A stretch of DNA of 64,000 nt from Pelagomonas calceolata (lineage: Eukaryota), in NCBI GenBank assembly GCA_918797485.1, contig CAKKNE010000004.1:1240001-1304000 (forward strand), in the 5' to 3' direction. Made by a program: the position numbers and the translations under genes. Position 1 is the first letter of the stretch. Every line of letters begins with the position of its first letter. Below the pieces are notes generated by a model, which did no database searches, was not told where the DNA came from, and worked only from the letters and a program-made list of their open reading frames with translations. This document shows positions 46,387 to 57,333 of this stretch, one piece after another.

Positions 46387-47955
46387 ATGGAGGAGATGTT
46401 CTTCGGCAAGAAGAAGCAGGAAGGACCCTCAATCCCACCGCCGCCGTCCGCCGACGACGCCGAAAAGAAGGATTATGTGCTCCGGGAATTGTCGAAACTT
46501 TATACAAAAGTCTTCCGGCCCATCGAAGAGGCCACGAAGTTCGACGTGTTTTATTCCTCACTGCTGAATGAGGCGGAGTTCCGCACGCCGCCCATGGTTT
46601 TACTAGTAGGACCTTATTCGGTCGGCAAGACGACGTTTATCGAGTATTGACCAGTGTCGAGGTTCAAGGGCCCTTCAACTCGGGGTCTCTCTGCGTGTGG
46701 GCGCAGTGATGCTCTCGCCACTCGGTCGAGTGCATCAGAGGGGCGTCGGGTCCGAGTTTGGTCGATGTCCGCGCAGGTACCTCCTCGGCCGCAAGTTCCC
46801 GGGCCAGCGCATCGGTCCCGAGCCGACCACGGACCGGTTCACGGCCGTCATGTACGGCGAGGACGACCGGACGATTCCTGGAAACGCTCTGACGGTGGCA
46901 CCGAATTCGCCCTTCCGAGCGTTGCAGCGCGAGGGCAACGCATTTCTGTCGAGGTTTGAAGGAAGTCTCTGTGCCGCACCGTTGCTGGAGCACTTGTCAC
47001 TGATCGACACGCCTGGGGTGTTGTCCGGAGAGAAACAACGGGTCCAGAGGCACTACGACTTTGACGTCGTCGTCCAGTGGCGCCGACGCGGCGTCTATCA
47101 AGTCGCGGCGATGGCGTCGTCGCGATACCGCATCGCCTCGACGCCGTCGACGCGGCCGGCAGAGCGTCGACGCGTCTCGTGACGGTGTCGTTCCCACGCA
47201 GGTTCGCGGAACGAGTGGATTTAATAGTGCTGCTCTTCGATCCGTTCAAGCTCGACATTAGCGACGAGTTGACGGGAGTCATCCGACGGTTCCGGGGCCA
47301 CGAGGACAAGGTGCGCGTCGTGCTCAACAAGTCCGATAGAGTGAATCAGCAGCAGTTGATGCGAGTTTATGGTGCATTGATGTGGTCGCTGGGACGCGTG
47401 TTAGACACGCCCGAAGTGTGTCGAGTTTATGTTGGCTCGTTCCACGATGAAGAATTGAGAGACCCGGACACGGCGCCTCTCTTAGCCGCGGAGATGGGCG
47501 ATCTCCTGTCGGATCTGCGGGAATTACCGCAACAATCCGCGACGCGGCGCGTGAACGAACTCGTTAAGAGAGCGCGATTGCTCAAGGCGCACTGCTACTT
47601 GCTGGACCACCTGCGGGAACAGATGCCGTCGGTCTACGGCTTCCAGAAGAAAAAACAAGAGCTGTTGAACAGCATGCCGGCGCAGTTCCGGACCGTTTGT
47701 AGAGCTCGTGGTCTCTCCCCGGGCGACTTCCCCGACTTGCAGAAATTCGTCGCGGTGGCGAAGGAAGTGGATTTTGCGCAGTTCCCTAGGGTGAACGGCT
47801 CGCGCATGAAGAAGGGCAAGATGATGCAGGAGCTCGAGGCCGCGCTCAACAACGCGATCCCCGCGCTCATGGAGTTCCTGCCTCGAGGGGCTGCTTCTGT
47901 GGAAGAACCGGTCACGGAGTCGGTGGGCGTGAGCGAGGTGGAGACGGTGATCTAG
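46387..47955 (+). CDS. EHD-family dynamin-like ATPase (no EH domain visible); introns 46644-46776, 47080-47201 (GC-AG)
   Basis: GPYSVGKTTFI, IGPEPTTDRF, IDTPGVLSGEKQR, W|FAER, KLDISDE and LMRVYGALMWSLG. Confidence 0.92.
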
Positions 47956-48092
47956 GGGCTAAGTGTCGTTCTATTCGACGTTGCGTCTCGTCGTCTCGAG
48001 ATCATAGGTGAGGCGGGTCCGTGGCGTTGGCGCGGCCTCGACGCCATCGACGCGCCGCTCACCGGATACCCAGGGACGTAAAGGTAGCACGG

Positions 48093-48566
48093 CTAGTACT
48101 TAAATTCCTCCCCGCCGCCCGCCGCGCGCCTCTCAGCAATCCGCGCGTCGAGCGACGGGTGCTTCGTCAACGATTTCTTCTGAGACTTCTCCTCGCATCG
48201 CGGGCAGGTGAACTCCTCGATGGGGTTCGCGAGCGTGCAGTACGTGTGCACCTCGTTCCCACATCCTGGAATATCACAAGTCAGCACGTTCCACGGACTG
48301 CACGCGTCGGCCGCCGTGCTTCGCCCGCAGACGACGCACTCCTCCTTGCCGTTTGGAATTGGGGGCGTCGCCGCGCGCGCGTACGACGGCGGCGTCGGCG
48401 CGCGCGAAGGTGCCTCGGCGACCGGCGGCGTCGCCGCGCGGGCGTAGGCGGGTGGAGGCGAGGCGGCGCGCGGCGCCTCCGCGACCGGCGGCGTCGCCGC
48501 TCGCGCGTAGACTGGCGCGGGCGCCACAATATCCGGACGACACGGGAAGCTAGACGATGCCACCAC
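48093..48566 (-). CDS. PHD-finger protein with YARAATPP repeats (possibly 5'-truncated)
   Basis: CVVC...LTCDIPGC...VHTYC...FTCPRC (C4HC3) and three YARAATPP repeats. Confidence 0.65.
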   Translation of the reverse strand: MVASSSFPCRPDIVAPAPVYARAATPPVAEAPRAASPPPAYARAATPPVAEAPSRAPTPPSYARAATPPIPNGKEECVVCGRSTAADACSPWNVLTCDIPGCGNEVHTYCTLANPIEEFTCPRCEEKSQKKSLTKHPSLDARIAERRAAGGGEEFKY

Positions 48567-49082
48567 CGCAAGCCGACGACGATCGAGCCGATAGATTTCT
48601 TGGGGCGCGTCCGCGGCGAGGCCTGCGACTCGGCTACGTTATACTCCCTCGGCGCCGCGTTCGCGAACGACACGCGCGTCGTCGTCGCGACGTACGAGGC
48701 GTTCCGAAACGACGCCGGCGGCGAGTTGACGCGCGTCTTCCGCGAGCTCGGCCTTGACGCGTCGGCGGCGCGCAAGACGCCGCCGCGGACCATGAAGCGT
48801 TCGCCCGAGGCCCTGTCACGCGCTGCGTGGAAATCGAATTTCAGGCGCCCCACGCCATCGACGCGACATTGTCCTTGTGACTGCGCCCCACACAGGTCAC
48901 GCGTCTTCGCCAACCACAAGGACCTCGCGCGGGCCCTCAAGCGCTGGGCGCCCAAGGGCTGCCGTTTAGAAGGAATGATCCTGGACACGAAGGGGACGCG
49001 GTCATTTAGGTGCAACGCGGCGAAGGCGTGCGACCACTTCAGGGAACTCGAGCGCGCGTGCCGGGGGGCCGGGGAGTGTTAG
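48555..49082 (+). pseudogene. C-terminal fragment of a sulfotransferase-like gene; in-frame intron 48815-48895
   Basis: VVVATYEAF...LTRVFRELGL...KRSPEAL|SRVFANHKDL resembles an Stf0-like C-terminus. No N-terminal PAPS motif is present. Confidence 0.5.
48823..48895. mobile_element. Minimal introner element (73 bp), perfect TSD GTCACGCG
   Basis: TSD at 48815-48822 and 48896-48903; ends CTGCGTGG / CCACACAG. An internally deleted relative of 35919-36083. Confidence 0.9.
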
Positions 49083-49207
49083 TTTCGGACAACATTTCTT
49101 CTTATCTGAAGTTATCATCACTAGCCGAGGAGAACGGACCCAGCAACTCCATTGATAATCCCTGGTGCTTAAAGACCAAATCTTTGGAATCAACATACAT
49201 AGCTTAC

Positions 49208-49900
49208 TCAGTAGTACCCCGCGTGGAGCCAGTACTCGAGGACCTTTCGGACGAGTTCCGGCGGGAGGAGGGGCGTCTCAAGGATCGACGTGATCCTCGC
49301 GAGGTGGGCTTGAGCGTATCTCTGGAATCCGCCGGCGTTTTTGACTCGTACGATGTACGGCTCCGTGTTATCGGTGGGGATCTCAGCGCCCGCGCGGAGA
49401 AAGAGCGGCCACATCCAGCGGTTCGTTCGGGAAAGAAGTGCAAGGCTGAAAGCCGTCAGCCCGTGACCTTCTCTTAGATTCAGAGAAGCGCCTGCGGCCA
49501 GGAGCACTTCGAGGCAATTGTTAGGCCCCATCCGCACTGCAAAGTGCAGCGCTGTGGTTCCACCGGTGGTTGCCGCATCCACATTAACGCCGCTTTGAAC
49601 TAGCAACGACACCAACCCGACGCTTCCAATGCAAACCGCACAGTGAAGTGGCGTCCAGCTAGAAGAATTGGTCGCTTCCAAATTTGCCCCCGCGTCACGA
49701 AGGAGCTTGAAGCAGGCCGCGCGGCGGTCTTCATCCGCAGCGGTTGTGTTGGAAGAGGCCTGCGGATGAAGCGGGCCGCACAATAAATGAAGAGGCGTTC
49801 TACCGTAATCGTCCGTTACATCTGGCCTTATACCGGCCCGCAAACATTTTCGGAGCATCTCGACGTCACCGCGCCATGCGGCCTCGCGTAAGGTTGCCAT
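49208..49900 (-). CDS. Ankyrin-repeat protein with C-terminal F-box-like motif
   Basis: GRTPLHLLC, WTPLHCAV, GTTALHFAV and the terminal LPPELVRKVLEYW. Confidence 0.85.
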   Translation of the reverse strand: MATLREAAWRGDVEMLRKCLRAGIRPDVTDDYGRTPLHLLCGPLHPQASSNTTAADEDRRAACFKLLRDAGANLEATNSSSWTPLHCAVCIGSVGLVSLLVQSGVNVDAATTGGTTALHFAVRMGPNNCLEVLLAAGASLNLREGHGLTAFSLALLSRTNRWMWPLFLRAGAEIPTDNTEPYIVRVKNAGGFQRYAQAHLARITSILETPLLPPELVRKVLEYWLHAGYY

Positions 49901-50082
49901 AAAATATGGTCTGACCAAGAGAGCCGTGAGAGGCGCTATCTATGGACAGCGCAGCGAAAACGGGCAGAGACCGCGCAATAGCGGTGCGCCGCTGTAGCGG
50001 AACGCCTATGCGCTGCGTCCCGGTACGCAAGTCGCCGCGTACGCGTGGTGCCTCTAGTGTGTTTCAACTAGATGCGTTTTTT

Positions 50083-50350
50083 ATCAGGGCTACAGGTCCT
50101 CTCAGACTTGGGGAGGGCGAGCCACTGATTCGGCGGGGAAAAGTACCCCTTTCCACGACGAGTGCCTCGCCTATTACTCTGAGTAATACCCCTACCTCTC
50201 CCCGCGTCTCGGGATACGTGCGGGAGCAGTCTTCTCACCCCAATGGCTGGGGCCCGGCATGAGCCGCACTCGGGCGGCTCGCCGCGCCTCGGCAATCCGG
50301 TGAAACCGGACAACCTCAAGCCATTGCTTTGTGACCTTCCACTCCCCGCG
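50083..50350. ncRNA. Candidate structured non-coding RNA (family unassigned)
   Basis: Several perfect hairpins and a possible pseudoknot in a ~270-nt intergenic stretch with no credible coding signal. Confidence 0.35.
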
Positions 50351-50370
50351 AAAAAGTCAAAGAACACGAG

Positions 50371-50392
50371 CTAGCGGCATGTAAGGCACTAG
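50371..50392 (+). promoter_or_regulatory. 22-bp CTAG-bounded upstream motif
   Basis: CTAGCGGCATGTAAGGCACTAG, ~100 bp upstream of the glutaredoxin-like gene. Confidence 0.7.
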
Positions 50393-50488
50393 GAAACACA
50401 AAAGCGGCAGTCGCCGCACGCGTGCGGCTGCGCACTCAAAAACGCCAGGAAAGGACTCATTTGGACACGCCGTCGACGCCTGCGACCG

Positions 50489-50908
50489 ATGCGACGCCAA
50501 CTCCTCGCACTAACGACGCTGGCCGCCCGGGCGCTGCAGCCCCCGCGCACGCGCGCGCGGCACACGCGCCACTTTTCCGTCAGCGGCCGTATATATGAAG
50601 GCGACGGCCCGACGATCGAACTCTTCACGAAGGAGGGCTGCACGCTCTGCGACGCCGCGAAGGCCGTCCTCGACGCGTTACGAAACGACGCGCCCCATTC
50701 CCTCGTAGCCGTGGACATCACGGACCAAGACAAAAAACAGTTGTGGGACAGGTACAAGTACGACATCCCCGTGCTCGCGATCGACGGCGTGTACTGGACG
50801 AAGCACCGCGTCACTGAGGGAGACGCGCGCGCGGCCATCGACGAGGCGACTGCTGGAGAGTTCCGAGAACGCCCGGGCGAGCCCGACGCGTCGCGGCTAG
50901 AACGATAA
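50489..50908 (+). CDS. Glutaredoxin-like protein (DUF836 type) with plastid-type presequence
   Basis: ELFTKEGCTLCD...VDIT...RYKYDIPVL. Confidence 0.85.
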   Translation: MRRQLLALTTLAARALQPPRTRARHTRHFSVSGRIYEGDGPTIELFTKEGCTLCDAAKAVLDALRNDAPHSLVAVDITDQDKKQLWDRYKYDIPVLAIDGVYWTKHRVTEGDARAAIDEATAGEFRERPGEPDASRLER

Positions 50909-50910
50909 CA

Positions 50911-53900
50911 TTAGTCTCCTAGCCTACCCGTAATCTTCCGGTCGAAGACGCGCTTCCGCAGTTTGAGGGATGGCACGAGCGGCGCCGGCAAAGCGCGCCG
51001 CGCATATTCGCGAGTACCGGTGACCGGCCGCCGCGACCTCTCATCAAGAGTAACAGGAGGCCCCCGCTCGCCGTCCGGCACGAACTGGCGCGGGTGCATT
51101 GCAGCTCTACAAGCCGTGTCGGCCCTTTCCGCTTCCACTTCCGCCACGCCCTCTGGTGTTACTCTTTTGGCCATCTCTTCATCAAAAACTTTTTGGGTCT
51201 CGTCCTCCGGCAAGGGTTCGGGGGGCGGCCGGTTCGTCTCGTCGAAGGACCGCGTGACGACCGTCCTTCGTCCTAGTAGGTCATCGCCGACGCCGCCCCA
51301 CGACGTCAGGCTACAAGGTTGTTTTGAGCGTTTCAGGTCCGCCAGGATTAGTTTAGCCACCTCGTATTTCGGCGCGGCCCGGACCATGTAGCCGTCGTGG
51401 GGGTCAATAGTGTCGACTTGTGGCAACAGCTTCCACGGCTTATCACTTTTGTGACAATAATGTTCGACGCGCTGCGAGCAGTCGTAGGAGTCGCCGCCGT
51501 TCCGGTCCAATGCTGATAGTGACGGGTTCAATCGCCGCAAGAAGTTCGGAGCTTTCCCATTCCTCAGATCCAAAGCTAAAAAGTCGCCGCGCGCTAAACC
51601 ATCGGCGCACCGCAGGACCCCATGGGCCCACGCAGATACTCTCCCGAGACCATCTTCCGCGTCATCTGTTTCGCATAAACCTCGCAACGAGGCACAAACT
51701 GCTTCAGGCATCATTTTTAGCCTTTGCAGTCCGTCGTAATTGGTACGTCTAGCAATGGCAGCGACGATCTCCCCCGCGGAAGCAGCGAGCAATTCCTGGC
51801 ACTCGCGCTCCCTTCTAAGCTTCTCCTCGGCCATGGCCTGCTTCGCTAACGCTTCTTCCTCCTCCTGGGCCTGTGCGGAAACCGACCCGTGAGCACGCGG
51901 CCGTGCGGGCGGAGTCGAACGGTGAGCGTCGCGTCGACGGCGTGGAATTATGCACGGGCCCGCGCGGCCTTGGCGTCGGCCTCGGCTTGGACTCGTAAAC
52001 GTTCCCGGTCGGCCTCGGAGTCGTCGCTCGTCGCCGTTGCGGGTCGCGACTCGTCGGGGGTCGCCGGCCGCGACTTCTTGCGCGAGCCCGGCCTTGACCT
52101 AGACCGCGAGCCGGGCCGCCGCGGCGTATTCAGCGCGGAGCCCGGTCTAGAGCGGTTGCGCCGCTGGCGCGACCCGGGCCGCGACGAACCCATCGTTGAA
52201 TGAGAAGCACGACTGGCCGTCGAGTAGTGGGACGACTGGGACCCCGCCGGCGAGGGCAGACCGGAGTAGTAGGACGACGTACGACTCGTAGTGGACTCGT
52301 CGTCACTGCTTGCGCCGTCCCACGCATCTGGTTGTACGGGCGGGCCCTTCAACGCCTCCGCTAAAGCTAGCAAACATTCCTCGTTCCCCAGGACCTCCAG
52401 TCCTCTTTCCAGACCTTCAGTTCCAGGCTTGGCACAGGCCCGCGCGACGCAAGTCAAGCATTCCGCAGCTCCATCTAACCGGTTAATACCAATGTAGGCC
52501 ATGGCCAGCTTCATCAGACTATCAACACCTTTCAACGCGCAGTTCTCCGCCACGAAGCGCGGCGCGCTGTCCATTTTGTCTAGGTCTGGAGGGGGGCCTG
52601 CGTCGAACGACGGCGTCGCGAAACTGCCGCGGCTCCCTCACGCGACGCGCAGACTCTCGCACGGCCACGTCGACGGCGTCACGGTGGCATCGCGTCGCGT
52701 TGACGCCATCGATGCGAAGTTGAAGTTCGGAAAGGCTGGAAATCACGCCGAGTCAGCACCCGGGACCCACGGCTCGCCCAGGAAAAACTCTTTCAGTTGT
52801 CTTCGGAGGATGCGCTTGATGGCCCGTTGCCCGCCGTCGTCCCGTCTTACCGGAGGCGGCTCCTGGCGTTTCAGGTCCCGTAGTCGCTCCCTTTCATCGC
52901 CCTCGGCCCGGACCTGGTCCAAAAAGGAATCTATTCCAATACCTTCGTGGGTCCACCGCCCTCTACTATTATGGGGCTCCCTCCACTTCTCTCGGAGACG
53001 CTTGGCGCGTTCGCGGCCCTCGTCGATGTGCACAGCACCTAACAGAGCCGAATCGCGCGTCCCTTGCGAACTTTCGTCCGCGTCGAGGTCGTAGCGTCTT
53101 ATAAGAGCGTCGACGTCGCGCGGCGGTTGCGGTCGCGGTCTCGACCTTAAACCAATTAACTCCACTCTCATACTCTTAAAAGATTGAGATCGACCCCGAT
53201 AAGCCTTGGCACCCGTAGGCGCGTTCACGACCCGAAAGATGGCACTACCAGTCCAAAGCATGGAACAGTGCGCCTCGTGGTCCTCCGGCGCGACGTCGTA
53301 AAAGAACCGTCCCGCGGCCACGTGTCGGATCACGCCGCGACACAACGTATGAGCGGCCTTCGCCTCACCTGGAGGCATGACGTTCTTCGTATCCACTGTG
53401 ACTTGCGACCGCTTCTGGCGTCTTCCAGCAGCATCGAGGCAGTCGGCCGGCCGCGCGATGACGATCCTGTCTCCTCTCCTCAGTACCTTCTGAGATACGT
53501 GGACGCCGAATGGTGCTGACTCAATGGGGCAGTGGGGCTCCGATGACCCAGCCGCACAGAGCACGAGATGCGAGGGCTCGTTTTTGTGGGACGCGTAAAA
53601 CGCGTCATTTGGTGAACACGTCACGACCGTAGGTCTCCTGGCAGGTATGTCGATCTCGCTGTCCGACGACTCAGTGTCGTCAGTGGGGAGATCTTCGACG
53701 AAGGCCGCCACGGACCTTTTCGCGGAGAAGGGATCGATTGGCCACATCGGCGCGGGACTGAGGAGTAGTCGTAGGCGTTGTGGCGGTAGCACCGGGACCT
53801 CTTCATTCGTTAAGGGATCCATGCCCACGCCTCTCAAATTGTCGAGTAAATCACCAGGTAGCACGATGGCAATGCCGTGGCCGCACCAGAGCCGGTCGGC

Positions 53901-54068
53901 GTCGTTCACGCCGTCGTCGCGGTGGCTCGCCGTGAAGAGGGCCCGGCAGGCCTCCTTCAGCGGCAGGGCGGCGCCCTTCTCGAACTCCCTCGCCGCGATT
54001 CTTACGTGGCCGATCTTCTTGACCTTGGTCACGGCTGCCGCGGGGGCGTCCCGGCGCTGCTCGGCCAT
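50911..54068 (-). CDS. Large hypothetical protein; introns 52598-52759 and ~51871-51959
   Basis: Three long ORFs are joined in frame by splices (WVPG|PPPDLDKM; ARR|AQEEEE). The second donor is approximate and no family was recognised. Confidence 0.65.
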
Positions 54069-54384
54069 GGGTGGGTCTGAGCGCTACCTAGGCCCCGGGA
54101 GGCAGCCCAAACGTAGCAAGCGCACGGCTGCCGTGCCAGATGACGCCTTCGACCCGTCGCCCGCGCCTATGGGCCGCCGCAATGCGCCTGGGCAGGCTCA
54201 GCCGAGCGCTAGCGCTAGCATCCATCTGCGCTAGCTAAAGCAAAAATTTAAATCGAGGACGGGCGCTCCCACCGCGTGCCTGCGGCCAGGCGGTGGTAGA
54301 TCTGAACGAGGTAGCTTTCTAGAGAAGCGGGCGCGTGCCCCGGAGGCGCTTTCCCGGTGGCTGCCCTCACGCATCGACAGCACC

Positions 54385-57333
54385 ATGGGCAGCCTAATCT
54401 ACCTATCCATCATAACCGCCGTGACCGCCCAACGCACCTTGATCCTGACGAACAAGGCCCTCGAGGCCGTCGAAGCGGCCAAGGACCTCGCGCGGCAGCG
54501 GCGCCACGCGCTCCTCGAGCCGCACCACGTGGCCACAACTCTCTTCTCCGACCCGAACACCTTCGTGCTGACTCAGCGTCTTTTCCGAAGTTTTCTGAAC
54601 TTCAAGTTGCGTCGACGGCGTCGTAGCGATGTCTTCATGATCATCAGAGAGTCCACGCGCCTCGCGTAATCTGTACAACACAGGCCAGTCGAGTGCTGAA
54701 GTCGGCGGGCGGCGACGCCGCTCTCCTCCACGCCGAACTCCGGAAGGAGTTGCGGAGATTGCCTCGAGGCGACAACGACAACACCCCGCAATCTGCCATC
54801 TTGGAGGTGCGATCTCGGCGTCCCGTCGTGTGGAGGCGCCTTCACGCCATCGACGCGACTCGTGGCCATCTCACGATGACGTGGGTCGTTTCTTTTTTGC
54901 GGAAGAGGCCGTTCGGACGAGACCGCGATGCTCCGCGCAGGACACCTACAAACGCATCTTGAGGGAGGTCTCCGGCAGTAAAGGCACCGTGGCCCACCTC
55001 CTCATTGCGTTACTAGACGATGAACCTCTAAAGAAGTGCGTTCCCAAGAGTGGCACGACTATCCAAGCGGTACGAGACGCGACCAAAAAAGCGGCCAAAG
55101 CAGCGGGAGTGGAAGACGCGGCCGAGACCTTCGACGCCTTGTCGTTGTACGCCATCGAGCTCGTTGAAAGGGCGGAGCACGGGCAACTGGACCCTGTGAT
55201 AGGAAGAGATTCCGAGATAAGAAGACTCGTCCAAGTGCTCTCGCGACGGAAGAAGAACAATCCCGTGCTCACGGGGCCGCCGGGCGTCGGCAAGACGGCC
55301 GTCGTCGAGGGTCTGGCGCTTCGCGTACTGGAGGGTGCTGTCCCGGAGCCGCTCCGACGGGCGAAGATCTGGGCGTTGGATTTGGGGCTCCTGATGGCCG
55401 GCGCTTCCCAGAGAGGCGCGTTTGAAGCTAGGTTGAAGGCCGTCGTCCAGGAATTGGAGCGGGACCCGTCGTCGATACTTTTCGTCGACGAGATGCACAT
55501 GCTCATTGGCGCGGGCGGTGCGTATCTCGGCGTTTTGAGGTGTTGCGGCGCCTTCACTTCCTTGATATGAGTCGTCTCCAGGAATGATGGACGTGGGTGG
55601 TTTCTTTGTCGATTTCGAGGCCGTTCGCAGGTCAAGGCGCCGCCGACGCCGCGAACTTGCTCAAACCCGCCCTAGCGAGAGGGCAATTAAGGTGCATCGG
55701 CGCCACTACGGACTCCGAGTACATGAAGCACATCGAGCGGGACGGGGCGTTCGAGCGGCGGCTGCAACGCGTTTCTGTAACAGAGCCCGACGTTTCGGCC
55801 ACCACAGCTATCCTGCGAGGTCTGAGAGATACGTACGAAGCCCACCACGGCGTCCGTGTCTTAGATGAGTCGTTGCAGCACGCTGCTGTCTTAGCTGAAC
55901 GATATATCAGTGAGAGACACTCGCCCGACTCCGCGATTGACCTCTTGGACGAAGCCTGCGCCCGGAGACGTGTACTGTTAGATAGTAGGCCCCAAATCTT
56001 AGATTCATTGAACCAAGCGGCGAACGCGTTGTTGGGCGAAGTGCAAGCTTTGGAGACGGAAATTTCTCTGAGAAAGAAAGGATTTCTCGGAACGTATTTC
56101 TTTTCTTCGCCGAAAAATATGGACGTGGAGCTGGTGCGGAAGCTCGATTCGGCTCGAAGCTCCTACGCGCATGCCGACGCCAAGAGGCAGGAGGCTACAT
56201 CAGCGTGGCGCGCGGAGAAGTCGTTTTATGACGAGCTCCGAGCTATTAACTTGGAAATTGAGGATGTGGAGAGAGACATCGCGACGCAGGAGCGCCGTTC
56301 ACGTTATGATGAGGTCAATGAAGGGAAGAGGCAGCTCTCGGTGCTGCAGCGGCGGCGGTTGGACGCGGTCCGAAGTGCGCAGAACGCATCATCAACATAT
56401 GGTGCTACGGACGTCGTCTCGGCCGCTGATGTGGCCGAGGTCGTCGCGCGAAGCACGGGTATTCCCGTAGCGCGCCTGTCCTTGGACGAAGGGCAACGAC
56501 TGCTCGATCTAGCGGAACGACTGTCTAGAAGAGTCGTGGGCCAGAAACGAGCCACGGATGCGATTGCGGGCGCTGTACTACGCGCAAGAGCGGGTTTACG
56601 AGATGCGCAGCGACCGCGCGGTGCGTTTCTGCTGCTGGGACCGACCGGCGTCGGTAAAACGGAAACGGCACGGGCATTGGCACAAGAGCTCTTCGACGAC
56701 GCCCGCGCGTTGATCCGCATCGACATGTCGGAGTACGCCGAGAAGCATTCTGTTTCTCGGTTAGTAGGTGCTCCGCCCGGCTACGTCGGCCACGACGATG
56801 GCGGCCAGTTAACGGAAGCCGTAAGAAGACGGCCCTACGCCGTCGTTTTACTGGACGAGGCCGAGAAGGCCCATGCGGATGTGTTTGACGTTTTTTTACA
56901 AGTGCTCGAGGACGGGCGGTTGACGGATTCGAAGGGCCGAGTTGTCGACTTCTCGCACGCTTATGTCATACTTACTACGAATGCGAAAGATTCTTCTAGG
57001 TTCAAGCCCGAGTTCCTGAATCGGCTGGATCGCGTGTTGATTTATGAAAAATTGGATACAGAGTCGTTGATTCGTATCGCTTCCGTACATCTGGAGGCTC
57101 TTGCGGAGCTCGCTTCGGAGGAGCACGGCCTCCTCATACAAATGAGTGACGACGCGGCTTCGGCTGTCGTGGACGCTTGTAGCGACGAATTGGAGGCGTA
57201 CGGCGCTCGACCTCTCAGAAGGTACGTGGATCAAGTGGTGGCCACACAACTCGCCGAGCGCGTCTTGCGGGGGGAGCGGTCATTGTCTCTCGTCTCAACG
57301 GGAGATGGTGTTTCCATCAGAAGCGAACTCTAA
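54385..57333 (+). CDS. clpB: ClpB/Hsp101 chaperone with N-terminal signal peptide; introns 54565-54683, 54807-54940, 55518-55630
   Basis: LDPVIGRDSEIRR, KNNPVLTGPPGVGKT, FVDEMH, NLLKPALARG, a coiled-coil M domain, LLGPTGVGKTE, RIDMSEY, GAPPGYVG and YGARPLRR. Confidence 0.95.
54807..54940 (+). mobile_element. Repetitive intron, family C
   Basis: Its 5' ~38 nt, GTGCGATCTCGGCGTCCCGTCGTGTGGAGGCGCCTTCAC, are identical to intron 61618-61750, and the GATGCTCCGCGCAG end is shared. Confidence 0.85.
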
